63,563 bases of DNA, taken from Gekko japonicus (taxonomy: Eukaryota). Made by a program: the position numbers and the translations under genes. Shown here in pieces: positions 25,400 through 39,457 of this stretch. The notes below the pieces were generated by a model. That model was not told the DNA's origin, did not search any database, and worked only from the letters and a program-made list of their open reading frames with translations. Positions within the stretch are counted from its first letter, which is position 1; every line of letters starts with the position of its first letter. The stretch covers positions 178,539 to 242,101 of the forward strand of contig NW_015173718.1 of NCBI RefSeq assembly GCF_001447785.1. The letters run 5' to 3'.

Positions 25400-26246
25400 G
25401 TAAAACACCCAAGTGAGATGGGTAAAAAGGGATCCCTTTGGGTACACACGTACACACAATGGCATCGTGGAAGCAAGCAGGAATCGGCGGAAAGAGAAGC
25501 CCTGCAGTCCTTACCGGTCACTCAGCAGCTTGTAGGTCGGAAAGGATAGAGGGATGCTTTGATGTTTCAGTGTTTTTAGCTCTCTCATTTGACACTGCTA
25601 AGAGAAATGCTGATAACAAAGAGGTTAAGGTGGGAGGGTTGGGTGTGACTCAGATCTTGTCCTCCTCATTGTGTAAATAACATGTCTAATGTCACGGTCT
25701 TGGGGGCAGTTTACTTTTTGAAGTTATACCTAACTTTGTTTGTTTGTTTATTATATTAGGCTTATGCCCCCCCCCGCCCCCGCACAGCAGGGCTCAGGGC
25801 AGGTAGCAGCAAGAGCCGACGATACATTAAAGCAGTAATAAATTAATCACTGTATAATAAAATCCAATTCATAACAGCAATTTTAAAATTAAGCGATCAC
25901 ACGGCGATCAAAGATTTGATACCGCTAGCGCGTCTTCTCTCAGAGGAGACTGCGTTTCACGTGTGACCGAGGGTGTTAGGGTGGTAATTAACAGATGGAC
26001 TACCAGAGAAAGGGGAGGCCTGTGCAGATGGAATTCCGCCTCCTCAGCCATAGGCCTGGCGGGACACCTCCGTTTTACAGGCCCTGTGGAACTACGTCAG
26101 ATCCCGCAGGGCCCGGATCTCGCTCAGGAGAGCATTCCACCAGGCCGGCACCAGAGCTGAGAAGGCTCTGGTTCTGATTGAGGCCAAGTGGATGTCTTTT
26201 GGGCCGGGGACCACCAGGAGATTTTGATCCCTTGAGCGTAACGTAA

Positions 26247-26606
<360 letters not shown>

Positions 26607-26782
26607 TGATGGAGTGCCCACGAGTTTTTGTATTGTATTGTATTCTTTCCCATGCATAATCTTATAAACCTCGATCATGTCACCCCTCAGTCGTTGATCC
26701 CTTGAGCGTAACGTAACTTGCACATGAACGGAAGCAGTTGGCCAGACATACCTCCCAAAGACCTGAAAGGTCCACACCTTGA

Positions 26783-27073
<291 letters not shown>

Positions 27074-30000
27074 TGAGTGGGCTGTGTCTCCTCCTTGCTC
27101 TGTGGGTGTGTTTCTGCTACTGATGTAGTCTCTTGGATTAGTAAATCCATCTCCATATTGTGTTCAGTTTTTTCCTCGAACGGGACATTAAACAGGTTTC
27201 TCAAGCTTTTTCTTGGGCTGCATTTGAAGAAATCTGGCCCAGGGAGCAACTGTCCCCATCAACATCCACCTCTAGAGAGGCAAATTTATTCTGTAGCATT
27301 AAGGGGGGGCAGAGAACTCAGTGGAGAAGTCCTGTCCCCTTTGTATGGGTAAGCCCTTTTTTGTCCCATAAGTAAAATGTGTATTATTGGAGTGGTACAA
27401 AGGAGCCGCGGTGGCTCAAGTGGTTAAGATGCTGAACTGCAGGCTGTGGAAGGTCGGTAGTTCAGCAGTTCGAGACCCGAGTGTGCCGCATGACGGAGTG
27501 AGCTCCCGTCTCTAGTTCCAGCTCCCGCCAACCTAGCAGTTTGAAAGCAAGAAATTGCAACTAGATAAATAGGTACCACTTCGGTGGGAAGGTAATAGCG
27601 TTCCGTGCGCCTTGGTGTTTAGTCATGCCGGCCACATGACCACGGAAACGTCTTTGGACAGCGCTGGCTCTTCGGCTTTGAAACGGCGATGAGCACCGCA
27701 ACCCTAGAGTCGGATTCGACTGGCTTTCGAGCAAGGGAAACCTTTACCTTTACAAGGGACAAGGACAGGCCCTTGCCAGGGTACCTGTGGGCAGGGCATA
27801 TGCAAATCCCCCCCCCAAAGTTTCCACTGTCACCAGCTCTCCCCACTCAAAAAAAGCAGGGGGGGAAAGGCTGAAGCAGTCTAAGAAATCGGCAGCCGAC
27901 TCCCCCACCTTTCCCTTTGTTGGCCAAAAGAAGTTGGCCTGGATGAATCAGATTCCTTGTTGCAAAAGCCCAGCCTAACTTGGCCCTCCATACCCCCACG
28001 AGACTATTGCAGACTTCCTTGTGTCTTGTCCACGTTAGACCTGGTGTGGTAGAATGGATGAGAATGGGAGCGAGAAGGTTTCAGATTCATAGCTGACCTT
28101 GGCAATCAGTTTGCTTTCTGGCTTTAGACACAACGTTGCCTTTCCCGCGCTTCCTGCCTACTGTCTCACAATACAAAAACTATCATACGGACAGTAGGTT
28201 GCTCTTCGATAATCTATGTAAAGAAGCTTTCTCAAAGCACAGTGTTGATGCTAGGCGGTGATGGTTAGTGTTCCCTCTAAGCTGAGTTGGTTTGAGCCAG
28301 CTCAGTTTTTTAGCCTCTGGCTTACAAGTTTTCGTCTTCGCTTAAGAAGGAGGGCTCCAGAGCGAACTGATTTTTGCAGTAGCCAAAATGCTTGCTCACA
28401 ACATTACTGCCAGTAGCTCCCAAAGTAGAATTTTTGCCCACAAGACGTCCACAGCTTACAGGGAGCATTGGTGGTGGTATGTTTGTGTTTTAGGAGGCGA
28501 GTTAGAGCAGTGGTCCGCCAACCTCTCTGAGCCTGTGGGCCCCTTCAGAATTTTAACACAGCCACAAAATGGCTGCTGCAAGAGGCGGAGTCAGCCACAA
28601 ATCGGCTACCAGAGCTTATCTTCAGCCATGCAGTGAAGATCCTTGTGCATTTTTTAAAAGAATCTGCACAGCTTGTCAAATTTCCAGTGGCCAATCAGAA
28701 GCCCTGCTGGACCAAAGATCAACCCAGCCCCGCCCACTTTCTAAAAACTCTTGGGAAGTACCATAAAAGGTAATGGTGGGCACTGTGGCGGCCGTGGGCA
28801 GCACGATGGGGACGATTGAGATAGAGCTTGCTCCTGTGCTTTGAAACCACAAGGCAGTTTTCTATAGTGGTTAAGTGCATGGAATCTAATCTGGGAGAAC
28901 CAGGTTTGATTCCCCACTCCTCCACTTGCAGTTGCTGGATGACCTTGGGCAAGCCATAGTTCTGTCAGAGCTGTTCCTGAAAGAGCAGTTCTGGAAAGAG
29001 CTCTCTCAGCCCCACCTACCACACAGGCAGTGTTCCCTCTAAGCTGAGTTAGTGTGAGCTAGCTCACAGTTTTTTAGCCTCTGGCTCACACATTTTTGTC
29101 TTAGCTCAGAAAGGATGGCTCCAAAGCAAACTAATTTATGCAGTACCCAGATTGCTTGCTCACAACTTTAATGCCAGTAGCTCACAGAGTAGAATTTTTG
29201 CTCACAGGACTCCATAGCTTAGAGGGGACATTGCTCACAGGGTGTCTGTTGTGGGAAGAGGAAGGAAAAGGAGATTGTAAACCGCTCTGAGTGAAGGGCA
29301 GGGTATAAATCCAATCTCTTCTCTTCTTCATATTTATCCAGAATTAAGACCCACTGCAACCAATAAGACTTTCTTCAGAGTGATATTAGTGGAGGCAGTT
29401 CTCACTCGGCCATGAAGTGCTCTGAGTTACTTTGGGCCAGACACTTTTGTCAGTTTGACGTACCTTACAGAGCAGGCGTGGGATAAAATGGCAACTGGGG
29501 AAGCTCTGGAGGCTGCCCAAAGGTCCTTGGAAGAAAGGCAGGATAAAACTGGATTGCTCGATATGTCCGACTAAGCGAGGCTAGGATCACACCACCAGAG
29601 TTCTTTTTGGGCCGGGAGCATCAAAAAAAGGGTGTGGCGTATCTAATACTCCATTAGGTATTTAAGGTATTTAGTAAAAATAAGACTTCTAATGTGGTAA
29701 ATGGTTAAGATAACATCCAGGTTCCAAGGATGGTGTAGAAGTTTAACTGTTAAAGATGTAATCTCGTTTATTTTTACTAGACTGTCGCTGAATGTTCGGA
29801 AATACTTTGTTTCTTTTTTCCAAAGAGAGAACTTATTCCAGAATACTGTAATAATGATGTTTTGTTTGCTTGCTTCTATATTTGAACAATGTATTTTTAT
29901 TAATACAGTTGATTCTACTTGTTGTATGCAACTATTCATATTTGATAAATTTTAATGAATTTACGCTTTCCCTTTTCCATCCCTCCTTTTAAAAAAATAA

Positions 30001-30346
30001 TTAAACAATTTAACTGGGGGAAAAAAAACCCCAGGGACATGGTGGTGGAGCGGAAGGTGTGCCGATTGTGTCCCCATTGTGAGGTGGGCAGTTCTTCTCT
30101 TGCCTTAGCAGTGCAGGTCTTTCTCTGTGAGGCAGATGCTTAAACTGGAGGCAGGATCAAACGGCCAGGGTCGTCCCTGGTATTTGTGTAGCTGTACATT
30201 GTGTTGAATACTTGTTGTTTTTGCCCCCAGTACTCCATGATTCCTTCACTACCTCCTCCCACAGTTGTGCCAGTGGTGTTGAAACCATAGAAATTCCAAA
30301 GTGTGCGTTTGGATTTTTTAAAAAACCTGTTTTGTTTTTTTTTTAA

Positions 30347-30622
<276 letters not shown>

Positions 30623-32582
30623 TGATCCTTACTGTTCAATTTAGGGTTAGTCTGGACTAACTAGGGACTGCGGTGGCTCAAGTGGTTAAGACGCTGAACT
30701 GCAGGCTGTGGAAGGTCAGTCGTTCAGCAGTTCGAGACCCGAGTGTGCCGCATGACGGAGTGAGCTCCCGTCTCTAGTTCCAGCTCCTGCCAGCCTAGCA
30801 GTTCGAAAGCAAGACATTGCAAGTAGATAAATACCACTTCAGTGGGAAGGGAACAGCGTTCCGTGCGCCTTGGTGTTTAGTCATGCCGGCCACATGACCA
30901 CGGAAATGTCTCCGGACAGCGCTGGCTCTTCGGCTTTGAAACGGAGATGAGCACCGCAACCCTAGAGTCGGATTTGACTGGCTTTCGAGCATGGGAGAGC
31001 TTTACCTTTACTGAACTGTTTCCATGTCAAACACAGGGTGGAGATTCCACATGTCCTGCAACGAACCTTTCAACAGCAGCTGTCCTCTGATTTGCTCTCC
31101 ATGGGTGTATCAGGGAGCAGCCTGCATATTTCATACGTGAAGCTGGATCTTTCAGGTCCATTCCGCTAACAGAAGTGCATTCTTCCAGCACAGGGAATTA
31201 GAGATGGACACAAACCGAACAGCAAAGCAAATTTCGTTGTGAATTTTGCCCTGTTCACGGTTCACAAACAGAAGTTTTTGACGGGTCTACCATCACGATC
31301 TTCCACAGATGTTTAAAGCAGTTCATGGTGGTCCGTAGATGGAGCAAAACCCCTCAAAAACAGCTTAGCTGTTTCTGGCTATCTTGTGCAGTCCCTTTAA
31401 ACTTAAGAGACTAAAGAGACAACCCAAAAAACAGCTGCATGGCAGGGAGGTACTCGATGCCACTCAGCTGTTTCAGGTTGTCTTGTGTGGTACCTTTAAA
31501 GTTTAAAGAGACTGCAGAATACAGTCTGAAACACTGAGCTCACTTGTGCAGTCCCTTTAAAGTCCCTTGGGTGCTCCGCAGCTCACCCTCTGGATGCAGG
31601 CCTAATGCCAAACCTACAGCTCTATTGACTTGCTAAACTCTGGTTAGTTTAAAGGGACTGCCCAAGACAGCTGACTTCTGCAATCCCTTTAAAGTTTAAA
31701 GGGACTGCACAAGACAGCTCAAAACAGCTGAGAGGTGGGGAGCAAGCTGCTCCCCATTGCTCAGCTGTTTTTCGGGCTTTCTGCAAACCCCGTTGAAAGG
31801 GACTTCAGTTTGGCCACGAACCGCATTCTCCTGGTTTGTGCCCATTCCTCCAGGGAATGTTCTGCTGGAGGAAAGTGTCACCATTGGTAGACTGAATTTG
31901 CACAATCCAACCTCCGATGTGTTTACAGGTAAATCCAGGCACAAGGGGTGTTCTACATTCAAACGATTTGTTCAGCTAGTGCCGGGTGCCCAAGGTGAGG
32001 GGGGTTAGATTTACATTTTGCAAATAAGAGCCACTCCCCAGTGCTAAGTGGGGAACCATTTTTGAAATCGAGTTGCATGTTACAAGTGACACTGTATTGC
32101 AGCTGGGTGTCTGTTTGTGGAGAGGTTGCTTTTCAAAGGGGAAAATAATCCTGCCAGGCCTGTGTGAGCCCTTGGGTGCTCCGCAGCTCACCCTCTGGAT
32201 GCAGGCCTAATGCCAAACCTACAGCTCTATTGACTTGCTAAACTCTGGTTGTGTTGGAAAGCTTTTCAGGATCAGCGATGCTTTTTATCCCCCGCCCCCT
32301 CCTTAGTTTTGGGCAGACATTGAAGGGCCAACATGAGATTTCTTACAAGGCCCTGACCAAAATCCTTGTCCCTCTTACTTTGAAGTTCACACCTCTCAGC
32401 AGAGGTGGGAGGGAATCTCTTCCTTGTGTTTTGGTGGTATGTTTTCCTCCAGACTGGCTCGAGCTGTGTCCTTGAAGAAGAGGGAGGTATATTTATCTCA
32501 GACAAAAAAGGACACATAAATAAGCCCACTCCTAGTCTGCCTCCCCCCTCCAATTAAGAAGCCTCTCTCCTCTTTTTAGAGC

Positions 32583-32833
32583 CAGTTTGGTATAGTGGTT
32601 AAGTGCGCGGACTCTAACCTGGGAGAACCGGGTTTGATTCCCCACTTCTCCACTTGCAGTTGCTGGATGACCTTGGGCAAGCCATAGTTCTGTCAGAGCT
32701 GTCATTGAAAGGGGAGCTCTCTCAGCCCCACCTCCTCACAGGGTGTCTGTTGTGGGGAGGGGAAGGGAGAGGACTTTGTAAGCCGCTCTGAGACTCGCAG
32801 TGAAGGGCCAGGTATAAATCCAATCTCTTCTTC
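32583..32833 (+). mobile_element. Squam3-like SINE inserted at the ACTL6A exon 13 acceptor
   Basis: Flanked by TAGAGC at 32577-32582 and 32834-32839; its tail runs directly into the acceptor AG. Confidence 0.9.
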
Positions 32834-32836
32834 TAG

Positions 32837-32947
<111 letters not shown>

Positions 32948-34644
32948 TGAGGGGCCAGGCTGCCTCGAAGGCATGTGGGTAGCTTGAGAAAATTGGGGTG
33001 AGACCTGATGGTGTTCGGGAAAGTTGGTTGAAGAGTAGAAGTGTCCATAGGGAGTGATGCACGACTGTACAGCAGTGCGTCCATTTCAAGGGGCTGGATA
33101 GTGACTCCATATCTTCTTGAGGAGTTCAAATAAGGACCCAGTATAGAACTGTGCTACTGATGCGCAGCTTTTATTTTTAATCACCATTTCTGCCGTCATC
33201 ATAAAAACACAAGGGAATCCATGTTGGATCAAGCCAATGGCCCATCTTTGTCCAACACCCTGTGTTACACAGTGGCCAAACCCAGGTGCCACCAGGAGGT
33301 CCACCAGCATACCCATAACTCCAGAAGACCTCCCACTGTTGCTCCCCAAGCACTAAGAGTAGAGCATCACTGCCCCAGACATAGTGTTTCATCTGTATCT
33401 TGTGGCTAATACCCACTGATGGACCTCTGCTCCGTATGTTCATCCAATTCCTTCTTGAAGTCGCTTATGCTTGTCGCCGCCACCACTTCCTGTGGCAGTG
33501 AATTCCATGTGTTAACTATTCTTTGGGTGAAGAAGTACTTCATTTTATCTGTTCTGAGCCTGTTGCTCATTCACTTCATTGAGTGCCCATGTATGCATCA
33601 CGTAGTCCTCATGTGGCATACTGGGATTGGTCTATTGACTGTGGTCAAGAGATCAGAGCAGACTGTGGGCAAACCTCATACGGCATACAGTGACAACTAG
33701 AAGCAGGTTAAGAGAGCTAGTTTGGTGTAGTGGTTAAGTGTGCGGACTCTAATCTGGGAGAACTGGGTTTGATTCCCCACTCCTCCACTTGCACCTGCTG
33801 ATGTGACCTTGGGTCAGTCACAAGCTCTGGCACAGCTGTTCCTGAAAGAGCAGTTTGTGTCAGAGTTCTCTCAGCCCCACCCACCTCACAGGGTGTCTGT
33901 TGTGGGGAGGGGAAGGGAAGGGAGTTTGTAAGCCGCTCTGAGTCACCTTTGGGTAGTGAAGGGCGGGGTATAAATCCAATCTCTTCTTCTTCTTCTTCTT
34001 CTTCTTCTAAATGGGGAATCCAGTTAGCACTGACGTGTTTTAGTGCTGCCAAATCATTTTATGGATTCCTTCCTGTAGTCTCCCCAAGCGATGTGAGGTG
34101 CTACTGGACTTGGAATTTTGGAAGGACCACATGTCCTTCTCTATTTAGTCTCCCCATCCTTATGTCACTTCTTAAGTTGTAAACTCATTGGGGGCAGGAG
34201 TCAAGTATCAAATGTTTAACACGGTCAAAGACCCATCAAATCACCAGGGGGCCGAAGTCTTGTCCTCTGCAAAGGGCCCAGTGCACGGATAACTCTCTGG
34301 AAAATAACAGTGGAACTGAGTAAACCTGCAGGCCTCTGGGGGGTGCAGGACAGGAAACCCCTCCCCCCATTTTGGGTCTCTTCCCTGGAGCTCACAAAAA
34401 CGTACAGCCACTGGTAGACCTGGCCCAGAAGAGGCAGTGGTACAGCAGTTAGAAATTGGACTAGAACTCCCTACTCTGCCTCAGAAGGCAGTCACTCCCA
34501 GCCTGACAGGGCTCTTGGGGGTTATGAATAGGATGGAATGCATTGAGGGGCAGCAGCGCAAGGGAGAGCCACGTACGTTGCTCCCCTGAGCTTCATGGAA
34601 GAAGGGTGGGATAAACGTAGATTGGTCATCAGTTGGCATCCTGA

Positions 34645-34746
<102 letters not shown>

Positions 34747-35195
34747 ACCTCATGCGCTATACACAAACACACACACACACACACATATATATAAAGTAAA
34801 CCGGCTGCCTTCCCAGCGTTCCTAATATTTGATAGCTTTAGTATGCTCAGGAATTGAAATCTGTTGTTCTTTTGTAGGGAAAAAAAAATATTACTTTTTT
34901 TTTGGTGCATCGTTATCGTTTCCACCACCTGGCGTTAATTTGAAAGGCCAAACCTGGTTCCTTCACGACGAGAGGATGCCCGCACCCTCTGTTAAGGCAA
35001 TAACTCTTAATACAAACTTTTTTTAAATAGTTTTTTTTTTTGTATAAATATCTATTTTCTGCAAAATCTCTTTTCCTGGAAACCGACTAAGCTATAAAAA
35101 ACCGTGGATGTAATTTCTTGCCGATGCCTTTCCATGAGATTTCTAAGAAATGCGTCTACTTTTTGCAGACTAGTCTTCCTTGTGATGTTGGCCTT

Positions 35196-35201
35196 AATAA
35201 A
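35196..35201 (+). terminator. Probable ACTL6A polyadenylation signal
   Basis: AATAAA about 450 nt after the stop codon, at the end of an AT-rich 3' UTR. Confidence 0.65.
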
Positions 35202-35519
35202 AGTCCTCTAGTTTGTCTTAGAGGCTCCGGCGACCATCTCTCTGTTTCTTACTGCAGCCGTCGGGAGGTAGCATTTCTTGCTGGGATCCTGTAAGCCACG
35301 GTTCCCCAACTTTCTTCAGCCCATGGACACCTTTGGAATTCTGAGTGTGAGGGGCACGGCCACAATATGGTTGCCACAGGGGGCGGAGCCAGCCACAAAA
35401 TGGCAGCTGCCGCTTACCTTCACATACAAGAAAAACACTGTGAGAGATAACATGCCCAAATATACAGACTCTGCACTTCCACAAAGACTCGAAGAACACT
35501 GAGCATAAAAGCTCTAAAG

Positions 35520-36806
35520 CAGGGGGGGTCAAACATGCAGCCCGTAGGCTGGATCCAGCCCTTGCAGGGCTGCTATCTGGCCCACAAGCAACTGGCTCCC
35601 TGCTGCTCCCTGCTCCCTGAATCACAGCTCTTTCAGCCCAGTCTCTCCTATTCCCTGCTTCGCAGAGAAGAGAAAGCCAAGCCTCCCTTTTCCTAACAGC
35701 ACAGCTTGCAATCTTTCTTAGTGGAAGGGAGCAAGAGCACCTTAACAACTGAGAAAATTTGTGGCAGGGCATGAGCTTTCAAGAGTCACTGCTCATTTCT
35801 TTAGATTCAGCCAGAATGGGAGTCCATCTGTCTTTATATCTTGGAGAGTGAAGTGATTTCAGACAGCAAATGACAATAGCAAGCATTGGTAATGAGAGAA
35901 GAAACCTAGATCTCAGTTCAGTCCAGAATGCTGCATTGTCTTGAGCCTCATTACCAGTTGCAGTTCAGCAGTCTCTCTAATCGCCCTTTGGAATTCCTTT
36001 GAAAGAGAACGGCAACTCTTAGATCAGCAACTGAATGTCCTTGAAAGTTAAAATGCTCCCCCGCTGGTTTTTGGATGTTGTGGTTTCTAATAGAAGTAGA
36101 AAGAGTAAGAGTCCAGTAGTACCTTAAAGACTAACAAAATTTGTGGTAGTGTATGTACTTTCATGGAGCTGCAGTGGCTCAAGTGGTTAAGATGCTGAAC
36201 TGCAGGCTGTGGCAGGTCAGTAGTTCAGCAATTCGAGACCCGAGTTGCCGCATGATGGAGTGAGCTCCCATCTCTAGTTCCAGCTCCTGCCAACCTAGCA
36301 GTTCAAAAGCAAGAAACTGCAAGTAGATAAATAGGTACCACTTCGGTGGGAAGGTAACAGCGTTCCATGCGCCTTGGTGTTTAGTCATGCCGGCCACATG
36401 ACCACGGAAACATCTTCAGACAGTGCTGGCTCTTTGGCTTTGAAACGGAGATGAGCACTGCAACCCTAGAGTCGGACTTGACTGGCTTTCGAGCAAGGGA
36501 ACCTTTACCTTTGTATGTGCTTTCATGAGTCACTGCTCACGTCTTCAGACTTATTTCCATTTATTCTTTGCATCCTCCTGTACCAAATTGAGACCTAGGT
36601 TTCCTGTCTCATTACCAATGCTGATATCTCCACCCCTCTGCATATCACACTTAATCCAATCACGTCTGCTGTTGCCATTCAGCATCTGAAATTAGCTTTA
36701 TAAAGTTCTCCAGTGCCTCGTGTTACATTTTATGGCACACGTGACTGGGCCTGACAAAGTGACATGACAGATCTGGCCCTCGTAACAAATGAGTTCAACA
36801 CCTATG
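35520..36806. mobile_element. hAT element containing Penelope-like remnants and a Sauria SINE
   Basis: TIRs cagggggggtcaaac / gttcaacacctatg with an 8-bp TSD ctctaaag (35512-35519, 36807-36814). Minus strand 35890-36085 reads HNIQKPAGEHFNFQGHSVADLRVAVLFQRNSKGRLER, a decayed Penelope GIY-YIG C-terminus. Confidence 0.8.
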
Positions 36807-38934
36807 CTCTAAAGTCCTTGTGACTATTCAGTTACACAGCTGTATCCATGAACCATAACATAAAGAACAAACAATCAGAAATCCCTGTAGTCTTTCTAAT
36901 GTAAACGTCTTGACTCTGAAGAACAGTGTTCGTTGCAGGACTCCCACGGATTCCTCAACGACAACAGTGACGGTGTTCCGGATAAAGCTCCCGTTTCAAA
37001 GAAACTTCTTCAAAGCCCTGAAGCTTTCTACAATAAGCCTTAAACGCTTTGAACCTGGAACCAATGCCTACTTTTCTAGTATTCTACTGTAGCACGCACG
37101 CAAGCTTTTTTCAACCCGGCTAATGCCTTCCTATCCATTTACCGGTGTAACCAGTTGAAAGACAGCCACTGTTGTGAAGCATGAAGCTGGTGTGTCCCAA
37201 AGGCAGCAGAAACGGGTGGAAAGGAAGGAGAGAGAATTTTGAGGTCCCACCTCTGCCTAAAAGGAACTGAGTAGCAAGGCAGCAAAATGAGAACTAGCAA
37301 CAGAGCTGTTGCGACCAAACATCACAGAACAACTTGCCTGCCAAAAACACTACGCAGGCCCCCGTTTGTGCAGCATGGGGCTTGCCATGGCACTTTCCCT
37401 GGTGCCCTTCAAGTGTTTTTAGAAAGTGGGTGGGGCTTTTGCCCAGCAAGGCTTCTGATTGGTTGTGCAGATTTTTTAAAAATGTTGCTCCGGAAGCGTC
37501 TGCCACCACCACAACACAAGGCTGTTCATTGGGTGGCTGAAGGTCACCCGGGAGTACAGAACAGGGGCCTCCAACCTTGTGCCTGTGTGGGCATTTCTGG
37601 AATTTTAAAAACACCTAGTCAGCACTACAACATAGGGTGGTCTGGGCCAAGCACAAAACAGCTGCCATCGGAGCCTAGCTCCAACCATAAAACATTGGGT
37701 GGTTCCACAGAGGCATTCGGAGATGCCAAGCCAATGGAGGTGGGCGTCCTCTGCAGACACAAAGGCGATGCCCTCCTGGGCTCTTGAGAAGCACCTCCTG
37801 CTCTAGTGGGGTGGAGAAAAACCAGTAATGGTTCTTTGCTGGGGAGGGGGGGCGGGGAGCAAGTGAGCACCAACAGACACTGGGAAGGGCACAACACATG
37901 CATGCAAAGCAGAAGATCTACCACTGAGCCATGACCCCTTCTGTAAACACCTTAATCTAATCTCTTGGCTTCATATGAAGGACCACTGTGTTTTTCTTTT
38001 GCTGTCACACAAAGAATCTCTTGCTTCATTTAGTGCCATAGATCCATGGAACCAGTTTGGCATAGTGGTTACGAGTGCAGACTCTAATCCAGGAGAACCG
38101 GGTTTGATTCCCCAGTCTTTCACGTGCACCTGCTGGTGTGACCTTGGGTCAGTCACAGGTTCTTTCAGAGCTGTTCAATCAGGAGCATAAGAACATAAGA
38201 GACGCCAATGTTGGATCAGGCCAAAGGCCCATCCAGNNNNNNNNNNNNNNNNNNNNNNNNNNNNNNNNNNNNNNNNNNNNNNNNNNNNNNNNNNNNNNNN
38301 NNNNNNNNNNNNNNNNNNNNNNNNNNNNNNNNNNNNNNNNNNNNNNNNNNNNNNNNNNNNNNNNNNNNNNNNNNNNNNNNNNNNNNNNNNNNNNNNNNNN
38401 NNNNNNNNNNNNNNNNNNNNNNNNNNNNNNNNNNNNNNNNNNNNNNNNNNNNNNNNNNNNNNNNNNNNNNNNNNNNNNNNNNNNNNNNNNNNNNNNNNNN
38501 NNNNNNNNNNNNNNNNNNNNNNNNNNNNNNNNNNNNNNNNNNNNNNNNNNNNNNNNNNNNNNNNNNNNNNNNNNNNNNNNNNNNNNNNNNNNNNNNNNNN
38601 NNNNNNNNNNNNNNNNNNNNNNNNNNNNNNNNNNNNNNNNNNNNNNNNNNNNNNNNNNNNNNNNNNNNNNNNNNNNNNNNNNNNNNNNNNNNNNNNNNNN
38701 NNNNNNNNNNNNNNNNNNNNNNNNNNNNNNNNNNNNNNNNNNNNNNNNNNNNNNNNNNNNNNNNNNNNNNNNNNNNNNNNNNNNNNNNNNNNNNNNNNNN
38801 NNNNNNNNNNNNNNNNNNNNNNNNNNNNNNNNNNNNNNNNNCCATTTTGTACTGAACATCCAACTTGCAGACGGGTTCCGGAGACATTGAAAGTTCACAT
38901 TTGTAACATTTTGGTTGGTCTTAATAAAAGAACA

Positions 38935-39075
38935 TGGTGGCTAGACACCATAAAAGTCGACACCAACCTGAGCGTGGAACAACTCAAAGAAACAGTACAA
39001 GATCGGAAAACGTGGAGAGAGCGGGTTCATAGGATCGCCAAGAGTCGAACACGACTGAATGGCTAACAACAACAA
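38935..39075 (+). mobile_element. RTE-clade LINE 3' end
   Basis: WLDTIKVDTNLSVEQLKETVQDRKTWRERVHRIAKSRTRLNG-stop followed by a (CAA)n tail. Confidence 0.8.
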
Positions 39076-39457
39076 ATAAAAGACATTATATGAGTTTTGT
39101 TTTTTTCTGTGGATCAGTGCAGCTATCTATCATGTTTAAATTGCAGAGCCAGTGTGGTGTAGTGGTTAAAAGGGGTGGAGTCTAAACTAGAGAACCGGGT
39201 TTGATTCCCTGCTCTTCCACAGGAAGCCTGCTGGGTGACCTTGGGCCACTCACAGTTCTCTCAGAACTCTCTCAGCCCCACCTATCTCACAAGCAGTGTC
39301 CCCTGTAAGCTGAGCTAGTGTGAGGTAGCTCACAGTTTTTTAGCCTCCATCTCACACATTTTTGTATTAGCTCAGGAAGGATGGCTCCGGAGCAAACTAA
39401 TTTATGCAGTAGCTTTAATGCCAGTAGCTCACAACTTTAATGCCAGTAGATCACAAA

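Noticed and set aside
29640-30010. AT-rich block with short ORFs on both strands
   Set aside because: Resembles a LINE 3' UTR with an A-rich end, but no family or TSD could be established and the ORFs have no homology I recognise.
31370-31745. Repeated palindromes with spacers, superficially CRISPR-like
   Set aside because: Eukaryotic intron, degenerate units, related spacers and no cas genes. These are internal repeats of a TIR transposon.
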